Shown here one piece after another: positions 42,105-51,306 of a stretch of DNA of 64,000 nucleotides. The notes below the pieces were generated by a model. The model ran no database searches. It was not told the DNA's origin and saw only the letters and a list, made by a program, of their open reading frames with translations. The position numbers were made by a program, and so were the translations under genes. The number at the start of each line of letters is the position of its first letter. Within the stretch, counting starts at the first letter, position 1. This DNA comes from Candidatus Woesebacteria bacterium (GTDB lineage: Bacteria; Patescibacteriota; Microgenomatia; UBA8517), in contig CAWASW010000007.1 of NCBI GenBank assembly GCA_963784785.1, positions 66,394 through 130,393 on the forward strand. Direction: 5' to 3'.

Positions 42105-43193
42105 TTATTTAAGACCTTTTGTAATCCTGATTTTGGAAAGAAGTGAGGGATTTGTAAGTAAATTTCCACAACCTCTGACAACACAGGTCAATGGATCTTC
42201 TGCAATGTGAACTGGCATTTTTGTTGCATCTGCTATTGCTTTATCTATACCATGAATTAATGCCCCGCCTCCTGCAATATAAATTCCTTTTTCCATAATA
42301 TCTGATATTAATTCTGGTGGCGTTTCCTCTAAAGTATCTGATATTCCCGTTATAATCTCATGAATTATTGGGCCCAATGCTTCTCTTATTTCTCCTTCAG
42401 TTAATTTTACTGATCTTGGAAGTCCAGTTTCCAGATCTCGTCCTCTAATAACATGCACTTTTAATCTTTTAGGAACAGACTCTTCATAAGCAGTGGCAGA
42501 ACCAATTGAAATTTTGACTGCTTCAGCCGACGGCTGGCCCAACAATACAGAATATTTTAATTTAACATAATTTATTATTGCTTCATCCATTTCATCCCCC
42601 GCAACTCTTAGTGATCTGCCAATTACAATTCCTCCAAGCGAAATCACTGCAATTTCGGAGGTCCCTCCACCGATATCAACTATGAAATTACCTTCTGGAG
42701 AATCGACATCAAGGCCAGCTCCAATTGCAGCTGCCATTGGTTCCTCTATTAAATCAGCACGTCTTGCACCAGCGTCAACTGCAGCGTCAGCTACGGCTCT
42801 TCTTTCTACTTCTGTCACTCCAGATGGTATCCCTATAACAACGTGGGGCCTTGGAATACGAGGGACATTTCCACCTGTCTCGTGAACTTTCTTTATATAG
42901 TATGTAAGTATTGATGAAGCTGCATCAAAATCAGCAATCACACCATCTCTGAGTGGTCGGACAACCTCAATAGTTGAAGGAGCACGACCAATCATCTTTT
43001 TTGCAGACAATCCAATTGCCAAAATTTCTTTTGTTTTTTTGTTTCTGGCTACAGCAGAAGGTTCACGTACAGCGACACCTTTATTCTTTATAAAGACAAG
43101 AGTATTTGCAGTTCCTAAATCAATTCCTAAATCAGTTGAAAAATAGCCAAAGATTAGATCTATTGGATTTGGTATACTTTTGAAAACTGACAT
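42105..43193 (-). CDS. mreB: Rod shape-determining protein MreB
   Basis: GIDLGTANT, EEPMAAAIGA, DIGGGT; start uncertain. Confidence 0.96.
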   Translation of the reverse strand: MSVFKSIPNPIDLIFGYFSTDLGIDLGTANTLVFIKNKGVAVREPSAVARNKKTKEILAIGLSAKKMIGRAPSTIEVVRPLRDGVIADFDAASSILTYYIKKVHETGGNVPRIPRPHVVIGIPSGVTEVERRAVADAAVDAGARRADLIEEPMAAAIGAGLDVDSPEGNFIVDIGGGTSEIAVISLGGIVIGRSLRVAGDEMDEAIINYVKLKYSVLLGQPSAEAVKISIGSATAYEESVPKRLKVHVIRGRDLETGLPRSVKLTEGEIREALGPIIHEIITGISDTLEETPPELISDIMEKGIYIAGGGALIHGIDKAIADATKMPVHIAEDPLTCVVRGCGNLLTNPSLLSKIRITKGLK

Positions 43194-45192
43194 GATTCCA
43201 GTAATTTTTAACATATTATTTTTTATAATTCCGCTAGTTTTCTTAAAAAACACATCTGAACTTTTTGAATTCAACAAGATTGTAACACTTTACGCCTTTA
43301 CAGCCTTGATTGTATCAGCTTGGGCAATACAGTCAATTCGAATTAAAAAGTTTATATTTAAAAAAACAATTTTAGATATTCCCCTAGTTATCTATTTATC
43401 TATTTATTTAACCAGCTCTCTATTGTCAATCGATCCAAGAACATCATGGCTTGGTTACTATTCAAGGTTTAATGGAGGTTTAGTTTCGCAAATTTGCTAT
43501 GCGTTACTTTATTGGGCCTTCGTCTCACACATGTCAGCGAAGCAGTCCCTATACGCTATACGCTATTCCCTAATCTCTACAGCAATCGCCGCAGCTATGG
43601 CTGTCGTAGAGCATTACGGGATATTTACTACCTGCGGGATAATGGGATTTGGTTACAGAGAATCTTGCTGGGTCCAAGATGTACAAAATAGAGTTTTTTC
43701 AACACTTGGTCAACCTAATTGGCTGGCAGCAACGATCACTGCGTTAATACCAATGACTTGGTATTTCGCAATTTTTGATTTTAAATTTTTAATTTTTAAT
43801 AAATTGAATTCAAATTTTAAATTTCAAATTTCAAATTTAATCTGGCTTGTTATTTCAATGCTATTTTTTGTCACGTTGCTGTTTACCAAATCTCGATCAG
43901 GGCTACTTGCTTTTGGGATTGAAGCAATTGTCTTCTGGGGATTTTTATTTTTAAGAGAGAAAAATAAGTATTTAAAAGAATTTATATTTATCTTTTTATC
44001 ATTTAATTTTTTAGCATTTATATTTTGGTTTTTACCAAGCATCCAATTAACTAACAACCAAGCTTCTGTTTCAAGTGGCCCCGCCCTTGAGACCGGGGGT
44101 ACTGAATCTGGAACTATTCGTAAAGATGTTTGGCTTGGTGCGATTGAAGTTTTTAAACACTATCCTATTCTTGGAACTGGACCAGAGACTTTTGCTTTTA
44201 GTTTCCCTATGTATAAACCAGTCGAACACAACTTAACTTCTGAATGGGATTTCATTTACAACAAAGCACACAATGAATATCTAAACCTGCTTGCAAATGT
44301 CGGGGTCCTTGGCTTTCTTTCATATTCATTATTAATATTAGTATCAATAAAACAAATCGCAGGTAATTTACAATTTACAATTTACAATTTACATTCAATT
44401 TCTAATTTGAAAATTAACAAAAATGAAAATTCATTGATAATTGATAATTGGAAATTGAGAATTGGATTGCTTTCCGGTTATATTGCAATCCTCGTTACTA
44501 ATTTTTTTGGATTTTCTGTAGTTCCTGTATCACTTTTATTTTTTCTATTTCCTGCGTTAACAGTACAAAGTACACAGTACGAGGTACTTAGTAATGGCAG
44601 ATCAAAGCTCGACGTAAGTCAGGTGATTGGTGTTATCTTTGTACTATGTACTATGTCCTATGTACTATTTTGCATAGCAAAATATTGGCAGGCTGATGTT
44701 TACTACAACAAATCAAATTTTGACAAAGCTATTTCAATTTCTCCAAACGAACCAAACTACATTTCAAAATTAGCCCTATCCGATAACTCAGTCGAAACAG
44801 CGTTAAAAGCGGTTGAAATGAACCCTTATAACCAAAACTCTCGAAAAATTTTAATCAGTAATTTAGTCAAGAGTTCGACTAAGGACTCAAACGGTATGAA
44901 ACTTGCTGAAGCAGTCATCAAAAATGGTATTTTATTATCACCAAACGATCCAAGACTTTACTATCAATTAGGCATTTTACAATTAAGAATTGGTGAACAA
45001 AAAAGTGGAATCGATAGTCTAATTAAGTCAACTTTACTCAAACCAAACTATAAAGAAGCAAGATTTGCACTTGGCGCCACTTATTTAGATGTTAAAGAGT
45101 TTTCTAAAGCAAAAATTGAACTTGAATACATACTGAAGAATATCGACCCAAATGACGAGTTGACTAAAAACTATTTGAAAGAACTATTGTAG
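43192..45192 (+). CDS. O-antigen ligase-like membrane protein with C-terminal TPR
   Basis: STLGQPNWLA, TKSRSG, GTGPETF, KAHNEYL, TPR-like tail. Confidence 0.9.
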   Translation: MIPVIFNILFFIIPLVFLKNTSELFEFNKIVTLYAFTALIVSAWAIQSIRIKKFIFKKTILDIPLVIYLSIYLTSSLLSIDPRTSWLGYYSRFNGGLVSQICYALLYWAFVSHMSAKQSLYAIRYSLISTAIAAAMAVVEHYGIFTTCGIMGFGYRESCWVQDVQNRVFSTLGQPNWLAATITALIPMTWYFAIFDFKFLIFNKLNSNFKFQISNLIWLVISMLFFVTLLFTKSRSGLLAFGIEAIVFWGFLFLREKNKYLKEFIFIFLSFNFLAFIFWFLPSIQLTNNQASVSSGPALETGGTESGTIRKDVWLGAIEVFKHYPILGTGPETFAFSFPMYKPVEHNLTSEWDFIYNKAHNEYLNLLANVGVLGFLSYSLLILVSIKQIAGNLQFTIYNLHSISNLKINKNENSLIIDNWKLRIGLLSGYIAILVTNFFGFSVVPVSLLFFLFPALTVQSTQYEVLSNGRSKLDVSQVIGVIFVLCTMSYVLFCIAKYWQADVYYNKSNFDKAISISPNEPNYISKLALSDNSVETALKAVEMNPYNQNSRKILISNLVKSSTKDSNGMKLAEAVIKNGILLSPNDPRLYYQLGILQLRIGEQKSGIDSLIKSTLLKPNYKEARFALGATYLDVKEFSKAKIELEYILKNIDPNDELTKNYLKELL

Positions 45193-45216
45193 CCTCAAAA
45201 ATGGTACAATATACGT

Positions 45217-45774
45217 ATGGTACAGAAAATTATACAGTCTGGAGAGAAAAAACTAAGGGAAGTAAGTAAGCCAATCGAAAAAATAGATAAAAAGATTGCA
45301 AAACTTGTTCAGGACTTACGAGATACACTGGCTGTTCAAAAAGATCCTGAAGGAGTTGGTCTTGCTGCTCCTCAAATAGGTATAAATTTAAGAGCTTTTG
45401 CTGTCGATTTTAAAGAATTAAAAAGAATAATAATTAATCCAGAGATAATAAGCAAAGCTTGGCCCTCTGGGCTAGAAAAAAAGAAAAAGCCCCACTCCGC
45501 CAAGGCTTCGAGGGGCAAGAGTGAAATTCTTGAAGGGTGTTTGTCACTTCCCCACTATTACGGACCATTGAAAAGAGAAGACTATGTAAAATTAAAATAT
45601 CTAGATGAAAACGGGAAAGAGATCATAGAAGAATTCAAAGATTTTAATGCTCAAATAATCTTGCATGAAGTTGATCATTTAAATGGGTTTTTATTTATAG
45701 ACAGGCTATTGGAACAAAAGAAGAAACTATACAAGTTAGATAGTAGTGATGAATGGGAGGAGGTGGAGATATAG
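45217..45774 (+). CDS. def: Peptide deformylase
   Basis: GVGLAAPQIG, EGCLS, HEVDH. Confidence 0.97.
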   Translation: MVQKIIQSGEKKLREVSKPIEKIDKKIAKLVQDLRDTLAVQKDPEGVGLAAPQIGINLRAFAVDFKELKRIIINPEIISKAWPSGLEKKKKPHSAKASRGKSEILEGCLSLPHYYGPLKREDYVKLKYLDENGKEIIEEFKDFNAQIILHEVDHLNGFLFIDRLLEQKKKLYKLDSSDEWEEVEI

Positions 45775-45851
45775 AGAATTAGACAAATAGTAAACTAGAT
45801 GAATAGTTTTGTTCTATCTAGTTATCTAATAATCTAGTTATCTAGTATTCT

Positions 45852-46760
45852 ATGAAGCTGATCTTTTTTGGAACACCAGATTATGTAATTCCAGTTCTGG
45901 AAAAGTTACACAAGTACCATGAAATTGTAGCTGTTGTTACTCAATCTCCAAAGCCTATGGGGAGGGAAAAAACTCTTAGTTACTCTGCAGTTGATGCATG
46001 GGCATTTAAAAAACATATTCCAAGAAACTTTGATTACGTTGATCTACCTGAGGCTGACATGGGAGTCTGTGCGTCTTTTGGGATGATTATTCCTCAAGTT
46101 ATTTTAGACAAGTTTAAATATGGAATATTAGTAATTCATCCGTCACTACTACCACAATTTAGGTGGAGCAACCCAATTAGAGCAACACTTATCACCGGCA
46201 CAAATCCAACTGGGGTGACAATAATTAAAATGAATGACAAATGGGACGAAGGACCAATTCTAACCCAATTTAAAGAGGAAGTATTACCTGATGATACCAA
46301 CGAGACGCTACGAGAAAGACTATTTAAAAAATCTGCTGATGTTCTTTTGGAGATGATACCTGCCTATGTCGACGGAAAAATTAAATTAAAAAAACAAGAT
46401 AGCAAAAAAGCTACATATGCAAAAATGATTTCCAAAAACGATGCTTTCATTCCTTCTGTTTATCTCAAGAACGCGATGGAAATTAACGATTCTAAAGAGT
46501 CTTGGAATATTCCGTTTATAATAAATTATTCAGTTATACCTAATGCAAATTTATTAGATAGATTTATAAAAGCCATGAGCTTCTGGCCTGTGGCTTGGTC
46601 TAAATTAGAAATAAGAGGTCAAGAAAAAAGAATAAAAATAATTAGTGCACATATAAACTCTGAGTCTGGATACTTGGAACTTGATGAAGTTCAACTTGAA
46701 GGCAAAAAGCCAACTACATGGAAACAATTCAAAGGTGCATATGGAATTGAAAGATTCTAA
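45852..46760 (+). CDS. fmt: Methionyl-tRNA formyltransferase
   Basis: FFGTP, IHPSLLP, GVTII.M..D.GPI; follows def. Confidence 0.95.
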   Translation: MKLIFFGTPDYVIPVLEKLHKYHEIVAVVTQSPKPMGREKTLSYSAVDAWAFKKHIPRNFDYVDLPEADMGVCASFGMIIPQVILDKFKYGILVIHPSLLPQFRWSNPIRATLITGTNPTGVTIIKMNDKWDEGPILTQFKEEVLPDDTNETLRERLFKKSADVLLEMIPAYVDGKIKLKKQDSKKATYAKMISKNDAFIPSVYLKNAMEINDSKESWNIPFIINYSVIPNANLLDRFIKAMSFWPVAWSKLEIRGQEKRIKIISAHINSESGYLELDEVQLEGKKPTTWKQFKGAYGIERF

Positions 46761-46774
46761 CTGAAGTTAATTAA

Positions 46775-46972
46775 TTAAGCCTCTTTGATCTTAAGTCGTT
46801 TTATACAAGCAGTACATAGCTTTTGGCCATGCCACTTTTGAATATTTGGTTCAAAAGTTCTTTTTGTTTCTTGAGCTCTTTTCTTCCATCTTTTTCCAGC
46901 AACACCACGCCCGTGAGTCTGTGAAGACCCGAACATTGTTTTCTTTAAGCAATTATCGCAAGTAAATGACAT
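46775..46972 (-). CDS. rpmB: 50S ribosomal protein L28
   Basis: C..C, TKRTFEPNIQ, CTAC. Confidence 0.9.
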   Translation of the reverse strand: MSFTCDNCLKKTMFGSSQTHGRGVAGKRWKKRAQETKRTFEPNIQKWHGQKLCTACIKRLKIKEA

Positions 46973-47079
46973 AGTTTAATTAAAAATTAATAGTTAACAG
47001 TTAAAAATGAATTATTAATTATTCACTGTTAACTCTGAACTCTATGGATTATACTAGTAAATACACTATTTCTCAATAT

Positions 47080-47694
47080 ATGATTATTATCTGGATTTTA
47101 GCCTTCATTGTAGCAATCACAATTCATGAAGCATCTCATGCATGGATGGCTGACCGTTTGGGAGATCCTACCGCTCGTCTTATGGGTAGATTATCTTTAA
47201 ATCCCCTAGTACATTACGATCCAATCGGAACAACACTTTTACTTGGACTGTCAATTATGAGAGCCATGGGAGCTCCTGTTATCCCATTTGGCTGGGCCAA
47301 ACCTGTTGAATTTGATCCATATAATCTGAAAAATCCAAGGCGTGATTCAGCCCTAATTTCGTTTGCAGGCCCTGCTTCAAATTTAATTATTGCTTTAGTT
47401 ATTTCACTAATAGGAAGAATAAATCCCCTATTATCTCTATTTGCAGTTCCTTTTATAATTCTAAACGTTTCACTTGCAATTTTTAACCTTGTTCCAATTC
47501 ATCCATTAGATGGCGGAAAGATACTTATAGGTATACTACCTGCAAAATATGCTTATGATGTAGAAAATTTCTTAAGTAGATTCGGAACAATACTGCTCTT
47601 TATGCTAATACTGCCAACCTTTGGAGGCTCATCTTTAATTTCACAATTTATATCTCCTGTTATTAATTTCTTTTTACTTCTTCTCATTCCCTAG
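47080..47694 (+). CDS. Site-2 protease (M50)
   Basis: HEASH, GWAKPV, AGP, FNLVPIHPLDG. Confidence 0.95.
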   Translation: MIIIWILAFIVAITIHEASHAWMADRLGDPTARLMGRLSLNPLVHYDPIGTTLLLGLSIMRAMGAPVIPFGWAKPVEFDPYNLKNPRRDSALISFAGPASNLIIALVISLIGRINPLLSLFAVPFIILNVSLAIFNLVPIHPLDGGKILIGILPAKYAYDVENFLSRFGTILLFMLILPTFGGSSLISQFISPVINFFLLLLIP

Positions 47695-47734
47695 TCCCGA
47701 TTGTATCGGGATTGATTCATCTGATACAATGTAT

Positions 47735-47885
47735 ATGGTCCTGTTTGATTAGTGTTTTAGTCAGATTTTCCTGACTAAATCTATGAATTGGGAGGATGCG
47801 TTTGATAATCGTTCGCGATTATTGACAGTCCACCCACCTGAAGCAATTCAGGAAATTCACTGAGGCACTTTTCAGATGGGACCAT
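47735..47885 (+). ncRNA. Candidate structured ncRNA, about 150 nt
   Basis: Extended -10 TGaTACAAT at 47722-47730; closing stem atggtcc/ggaccat; internal hairpins with UUCG and GCAA loops; followed by a U run. Confidence 0.7.
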
Positions 47886-47953
47886 TTTTGTATTAAAAAC
47901 GTATTATATTTGATATGAGATTCAACATTAAAAATGTTATAATTCCATTGTTC

Positions 47954-48025
47954 GCCGGCGTAGCTCAGTGGTAGAGCAGAACTTTTGTAAAGTTAAGGTC
48001 GGGGGTCCAAATCCTCCCGTCGGCT
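47954..48025 (+). tRNA. tRNA-Thr(UGU)
   Basis: Cloverleaf GCCGGCG/CGTCGGC, anticodon loop TTTGTAA, no encoded CCA. Confidence 0.95.
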
Positions 48026-48037
48026 CAGATACGATAC

Positions 48038-48233
48038 GATACCGTTGCATAAACGGTCACTTGTTTAGCCTTAAATGATTTGTTGTTTTTCGTTAAAATA
48101 ATAACACTTTCGTCCGATTACTCGGACAATGCTGAAATTGGTTGTAGAAGCGTTTACTTAGTGAAACTACCTTTTTAGGCCGAAAGTATAGTAAAATCAG
48201 TGTATTTTAGAAGACCGAAATGTAACGGTCTCG
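48038..48233 (+). repeat. 196-bp tRNA-Thr-associated structured element, copy 1
   Basis: 194/196 identical to 52319-52514; palindromic ends in inverted orientation. Confidence 0.95.
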
Positions 48234-48293
48234 CTCAAGAATACGGGATAATTTTATATTGACTTCGGTTATACTTCGTACTATATTTTATAT

Positions 48294-49085
48294 ATGCCCG
48301 CTCGATGGTCCAAAGAAGTTGAGCTTATTAAATTTAGAGAGTTATATGATTTATATGTAGTTCAAAACAAAACAATCGGTGAAATTGGTAAGATCTTGCA
48401 TTTGGCTGAGGCAACTGTTTACGATCGACTACTGAGACTTAACATAAAACCAAATCGTTCAGTTAAGAAAAATTACAATAATCAAAGAAGCGATATAACA
48501 ATTCCACACATTCATACAAGTGAACTCGCTGAATTTTTTGGCATTATGTTGGGTGATGGATGTATATCTCCTACTCAGGTTATGGTCACTTTGGGTAATA
48601 AAGAATTAGACTATGTAAAATACGTTTCCAAACTGATTACTAAGATTTTTAAAATAACACCTAGAATTTACATACGTAAACGTGGATATTATGTTGTATC
48701 TTTTGGATCTACAAAGGCTGTTATATGGCTTATAAATAACAATTTGGTTATGAATAAAGTTAAAAAACAAGTCAAGGCACCTGAGTGGGTTTTAGAAAAG
48801 AAAGTATTTGAACAAAACTTATTAAAAGGATTGTTTGATACTGATGGTTCTGTATATCGGGTACGTTTTGGTGTACAATTATCATTCTCGAACAGATCAT
48901 TGCCTTTATTAAAAGATGTTTTTAATAGTTTAACATTATTAAATTATCATCCATCTAAAATTAGCAGATCTCAAGTTTATTTAACGAGAAAGAAACAGGT
49001 TTTACGATTTTTTAAAGATATAAACCCTGCTAATATAAAACATAGACAAAGATTTGAAGAGTTTGTAAAATATTACGATAAATAG
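48294..49085 (+). CDS. Free-standing HTH plus double-motif LAGLIDADG endonuclease
   Basis: ELAEFFGIMLGDG and LLKGLFDTDGS; N-terminal HTH (KTIGEIGKILHLAEATVY). Confidence 0.9.
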   Translation: MPARWSKEVELIKFRELYDLYVVQNKTIGEIGKILHLAEATVYDRLLRLNIKPNRSVKKNYNNQRSDITIPHIHTSELAEFFGIMLGDGCISPTQVMVTLGNKELDYVKYVSKLITKIFKITPRIYIRKRGYYVVSFGSTKAVIWLINNNLVMNKVKKQVKAPEWVLEKKVFEQNLLKGLFDTDGSVYRVRFGVQLSFSNRSLPLLKDVFNSLTLLNYHPSKISRSQVYLTRKKQVLRFFKDINPANIKHRQRFEEFVKYYDK

Positions 49086-49090
49086 TAAAA

Positions 49091-49173
49091 GCCAAGGTGG
49101 CTGAGTGGTCAAAAGCACGAGTCTGTAGAACTCGCTCCGCAAGGATACCTAGGTCCGAATCCTAGCCTTGGCA
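49091..49173 (+). tRNA. tRNA-Tyr(GUA)
   Basis: GCCAAGG/CCTTGGC, loop CTGTAGA, long variable arm. Confidence 0.95.
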
Positions 49174-49206
49174 CACTGTTTTAGAGTAATAAATTTGTTC
49201 TAATAA

Positions 49207-49811
49207 TCAGAACTCCACAGATTCAACAAACTCAAGAAGTTTTTCACCTATAGCTTGTTGCCAAAACATGTCTTGTTCTTCTTGTGTCATGTCTGCAATA
49301 TATTTGTTTGTAGCAAGGTCAATCTGGATACTTTCTAACGAGTATCCTGCTTGTTTGTTTGTAGTTGGAGTTGATACAAAAGTTCTTGGTGATTTTATGA
49401 TAGTTTCTTTATAATTACCTTCTGGAGTTGCAATACAAATTCCAAATTCCCGATATCCTTCTGCTTTACCTCCTAGATTATCAATTAATTTAGAGTAATA
49501 CTCAATCATTTCTTCATCTGTAGTTACTGTGTGCCCATCAATCCTTCTAACATTTAAGGCTGGTTGTTTATCATCAGTAACCCATTAATGTAGAGTGTAT
49601 TATCCATTGAAAAAACTGTCTTACCTAATGCTTTTGCATATATTAGTGCCTTCTTCCTTACATTTTCATTTGCGTTTTTTCCATCTTCAATAACTTCAGG
49701 AAGTAGTGATTTATCAGCAACGCCATTCACTTCAATACCACTAGGCGCCAAAGCTCCCCTAATTTGTTTTATCTTTGCTTCATTTGTAGTTCCAAAAATT
49801 AATTCTTTCAT
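49207..49811 (-). pseudogene. HAM1/RdgB-like NTP pyrophosphatase, frameshifted
   Basis: GTTNEAKI, E.G....EN..KA; 1-nt loss near 49577 (GL.DDKQPALNVRR continues in another frame). Confidence 0.8.
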
Positions 49812-49830
49812 CCTCCAATTATTCCTATAT

Positions 49831-50331
49831 TTATTTTTTATTTTTTTCTACAAACTTTTCTACCCATGATGGCAAGTAACCTTTGTGCATATTATATATT
49901 TCAGGTTTGGAAATATCATTCCAATGAAGTACTTTTCTACAATTATCTGCTCCACATCTACATTCCCAATCATAGGCAATATCAGTTCCTTTTGCTTCAT
50001 CAATATCCGTAGTTGCATAGTCATATGTTAGTTCTTCACCTTTTTGCATATCTCTTTTGGCTGAAAGTTCGTTATCTGAAGTCCACCAAGTGTTAGCGTC
50101 ACAGCTGTGGTTCCATGATTCTCCCTTTCCCGTAGCTACAACAAAATTTCCATCACTATCTGGATATGCATCTTTTTTAGTTTCTTCTGGAAGTTCTTCC
50201 CATTCCTCTTTTGTATATTTTTCAGTTTTTGTTAACTTCCAAATTAAAGTATCTTTTGGAATAAACTCTGAAGCAAATACACCATTTCCTTTGTTTGAAA
50301 TTTCTTTTTCATAAACAGAAACATACATCAT
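49831..50331 (-). CDS. SET-domain protein
   Basis: GNGVFA, NHSCDAN, GEELTYDY, post-SET CRCGADNCR. Confidence 0.93.
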   Translation of the reverse strand: MMYVSVYEKEISNKGNGVFASEFIPKDTLIWKLTKTEKYTKEEWEELPEETKKDAYPDSDGNFVVATGKGESWNHSCDANTWWTSDNELSAKRDMQKGEELTYDYATTDIDEAKGTDIAYDWECRCGADNCRKVLHWNDISKPEIYNMHKGYLPSWVEKFVEKNKK

Positions 50332-50347
50332 ATTCAGTGAGTTTATA

Positions 50348-50739
50348 TTAAAAAGATTCTCTTATAACTTCAAACATTTTTCTATGCCCATTATCATTTG
50401 GGTGAAGACCATCCGCAAAATCTTTCTGCTCAAGACAGCCAACAAGAGATACAAATCTGCAATTATTTTTATCGGCAATTACATTTAATATCTTGTCATA
50501 ATTTTTAACCCTATTTAAATCATATGATTTGCCTTTTGAACTTTCTGGAAATGGTTTCAAGAGTGAATCGTCCCCTAGTGTTAATCCAATAAATGTAATA
50601 TTTTTACTAAAACTTTTAGCATCCCTAATTAAACTTTCAACATTCTTTATAAATATTTCCTGATTAAATCTACCCAGCTATTTTTAATATAAGCTGCTTG
50701 GGTGACGCTATCTCCAAATACGCGATAAGTTTTGTCCAT
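50348..50739 (-). pseudogene. SGNH/GDSL hydrolase with internal deletion
   Basis: FGDSVT and DGLHPN are in different frames; blocks II-III missing. Confidence 0.82.
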
Positions 50740-50789
50740 GATGCTTTTCAGATTATATTACTAGAGGATTTACAAAACCACCACTTTTT

Positions 50790-51245
50790 CTATCTCTCGA
50801 GGTTGGTCTTTTTTACCAATTTAGCAACATAGACGATCTTTCTAAGTTCTCCATCTTCACCTTCAATCTCACTAGACCCTGTAAGTCTCTGATATTCTGA
50901 CAAATAAGTGGATAGGGCTTCCTGTGCTTCTTTTAATTCGTTCTTCATCTCAGTCACTTTGTCATTTGCCATCTTGCCCTCGGGAGTTGAAAGAATCTTC
51001 GCTTTTACATCTGATTTTTTCTTACTTGCCTCTTTAGCTTCTTTGTCTGCAATTTGATATTCCTCGTTATTACTAAAAAGATCATTAAGCATTTCCTTCA
51101 CAGGTTTTAAGTCTTCTTTGACTCGAGCTATACGGGATATTAGCGTTTTTATAAGTGACTCAACTGAAAGCTGAGTTTTAACGGTATCTGGAACGATATC
51201 TGTTACTTCTGGGTCCAATTCGTTTAACTGATTATTATCATCCAT
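50790..51245 (-). CDS. Coiled-coil hypothetical protein
   Basis: 151-aa ORF. Confidence 0.8.
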   Translation of the reverse strand: MDDNNQLNELDPEVTDIVPDTVKTQLSVESLIKTLISRIARVKEDLKPVKEMLNDLFSNNEEYQIADKEAKEASKKKSDVKAKILSTPEGKMANDKVTEMKNELKEAQEALSTYLSEYQRLTGSSEIEGEDGELRKIVYVAKLVKKTNLER

Positions 51246-51306
51246 GGCCTAATAAAGTTACACAAATCTGTTATAACAAGCAATAGGCTTTTTTAAAATT
51301 AGGTGA

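Noticed and set aside
48100-48140. Hammerhead ribozyme (minus strand gtccgagtaatcggac-gaaa resembles stem II plus GAAA)
   Set aside because: The required CUGANGA core is not present 5' of the stem
47954-49173. LAGLIDADG gene inside a tRNA intron
   Set aside because: Both tRNAs form complete cloverleafs on their own; no group I core or intein motifs recognised
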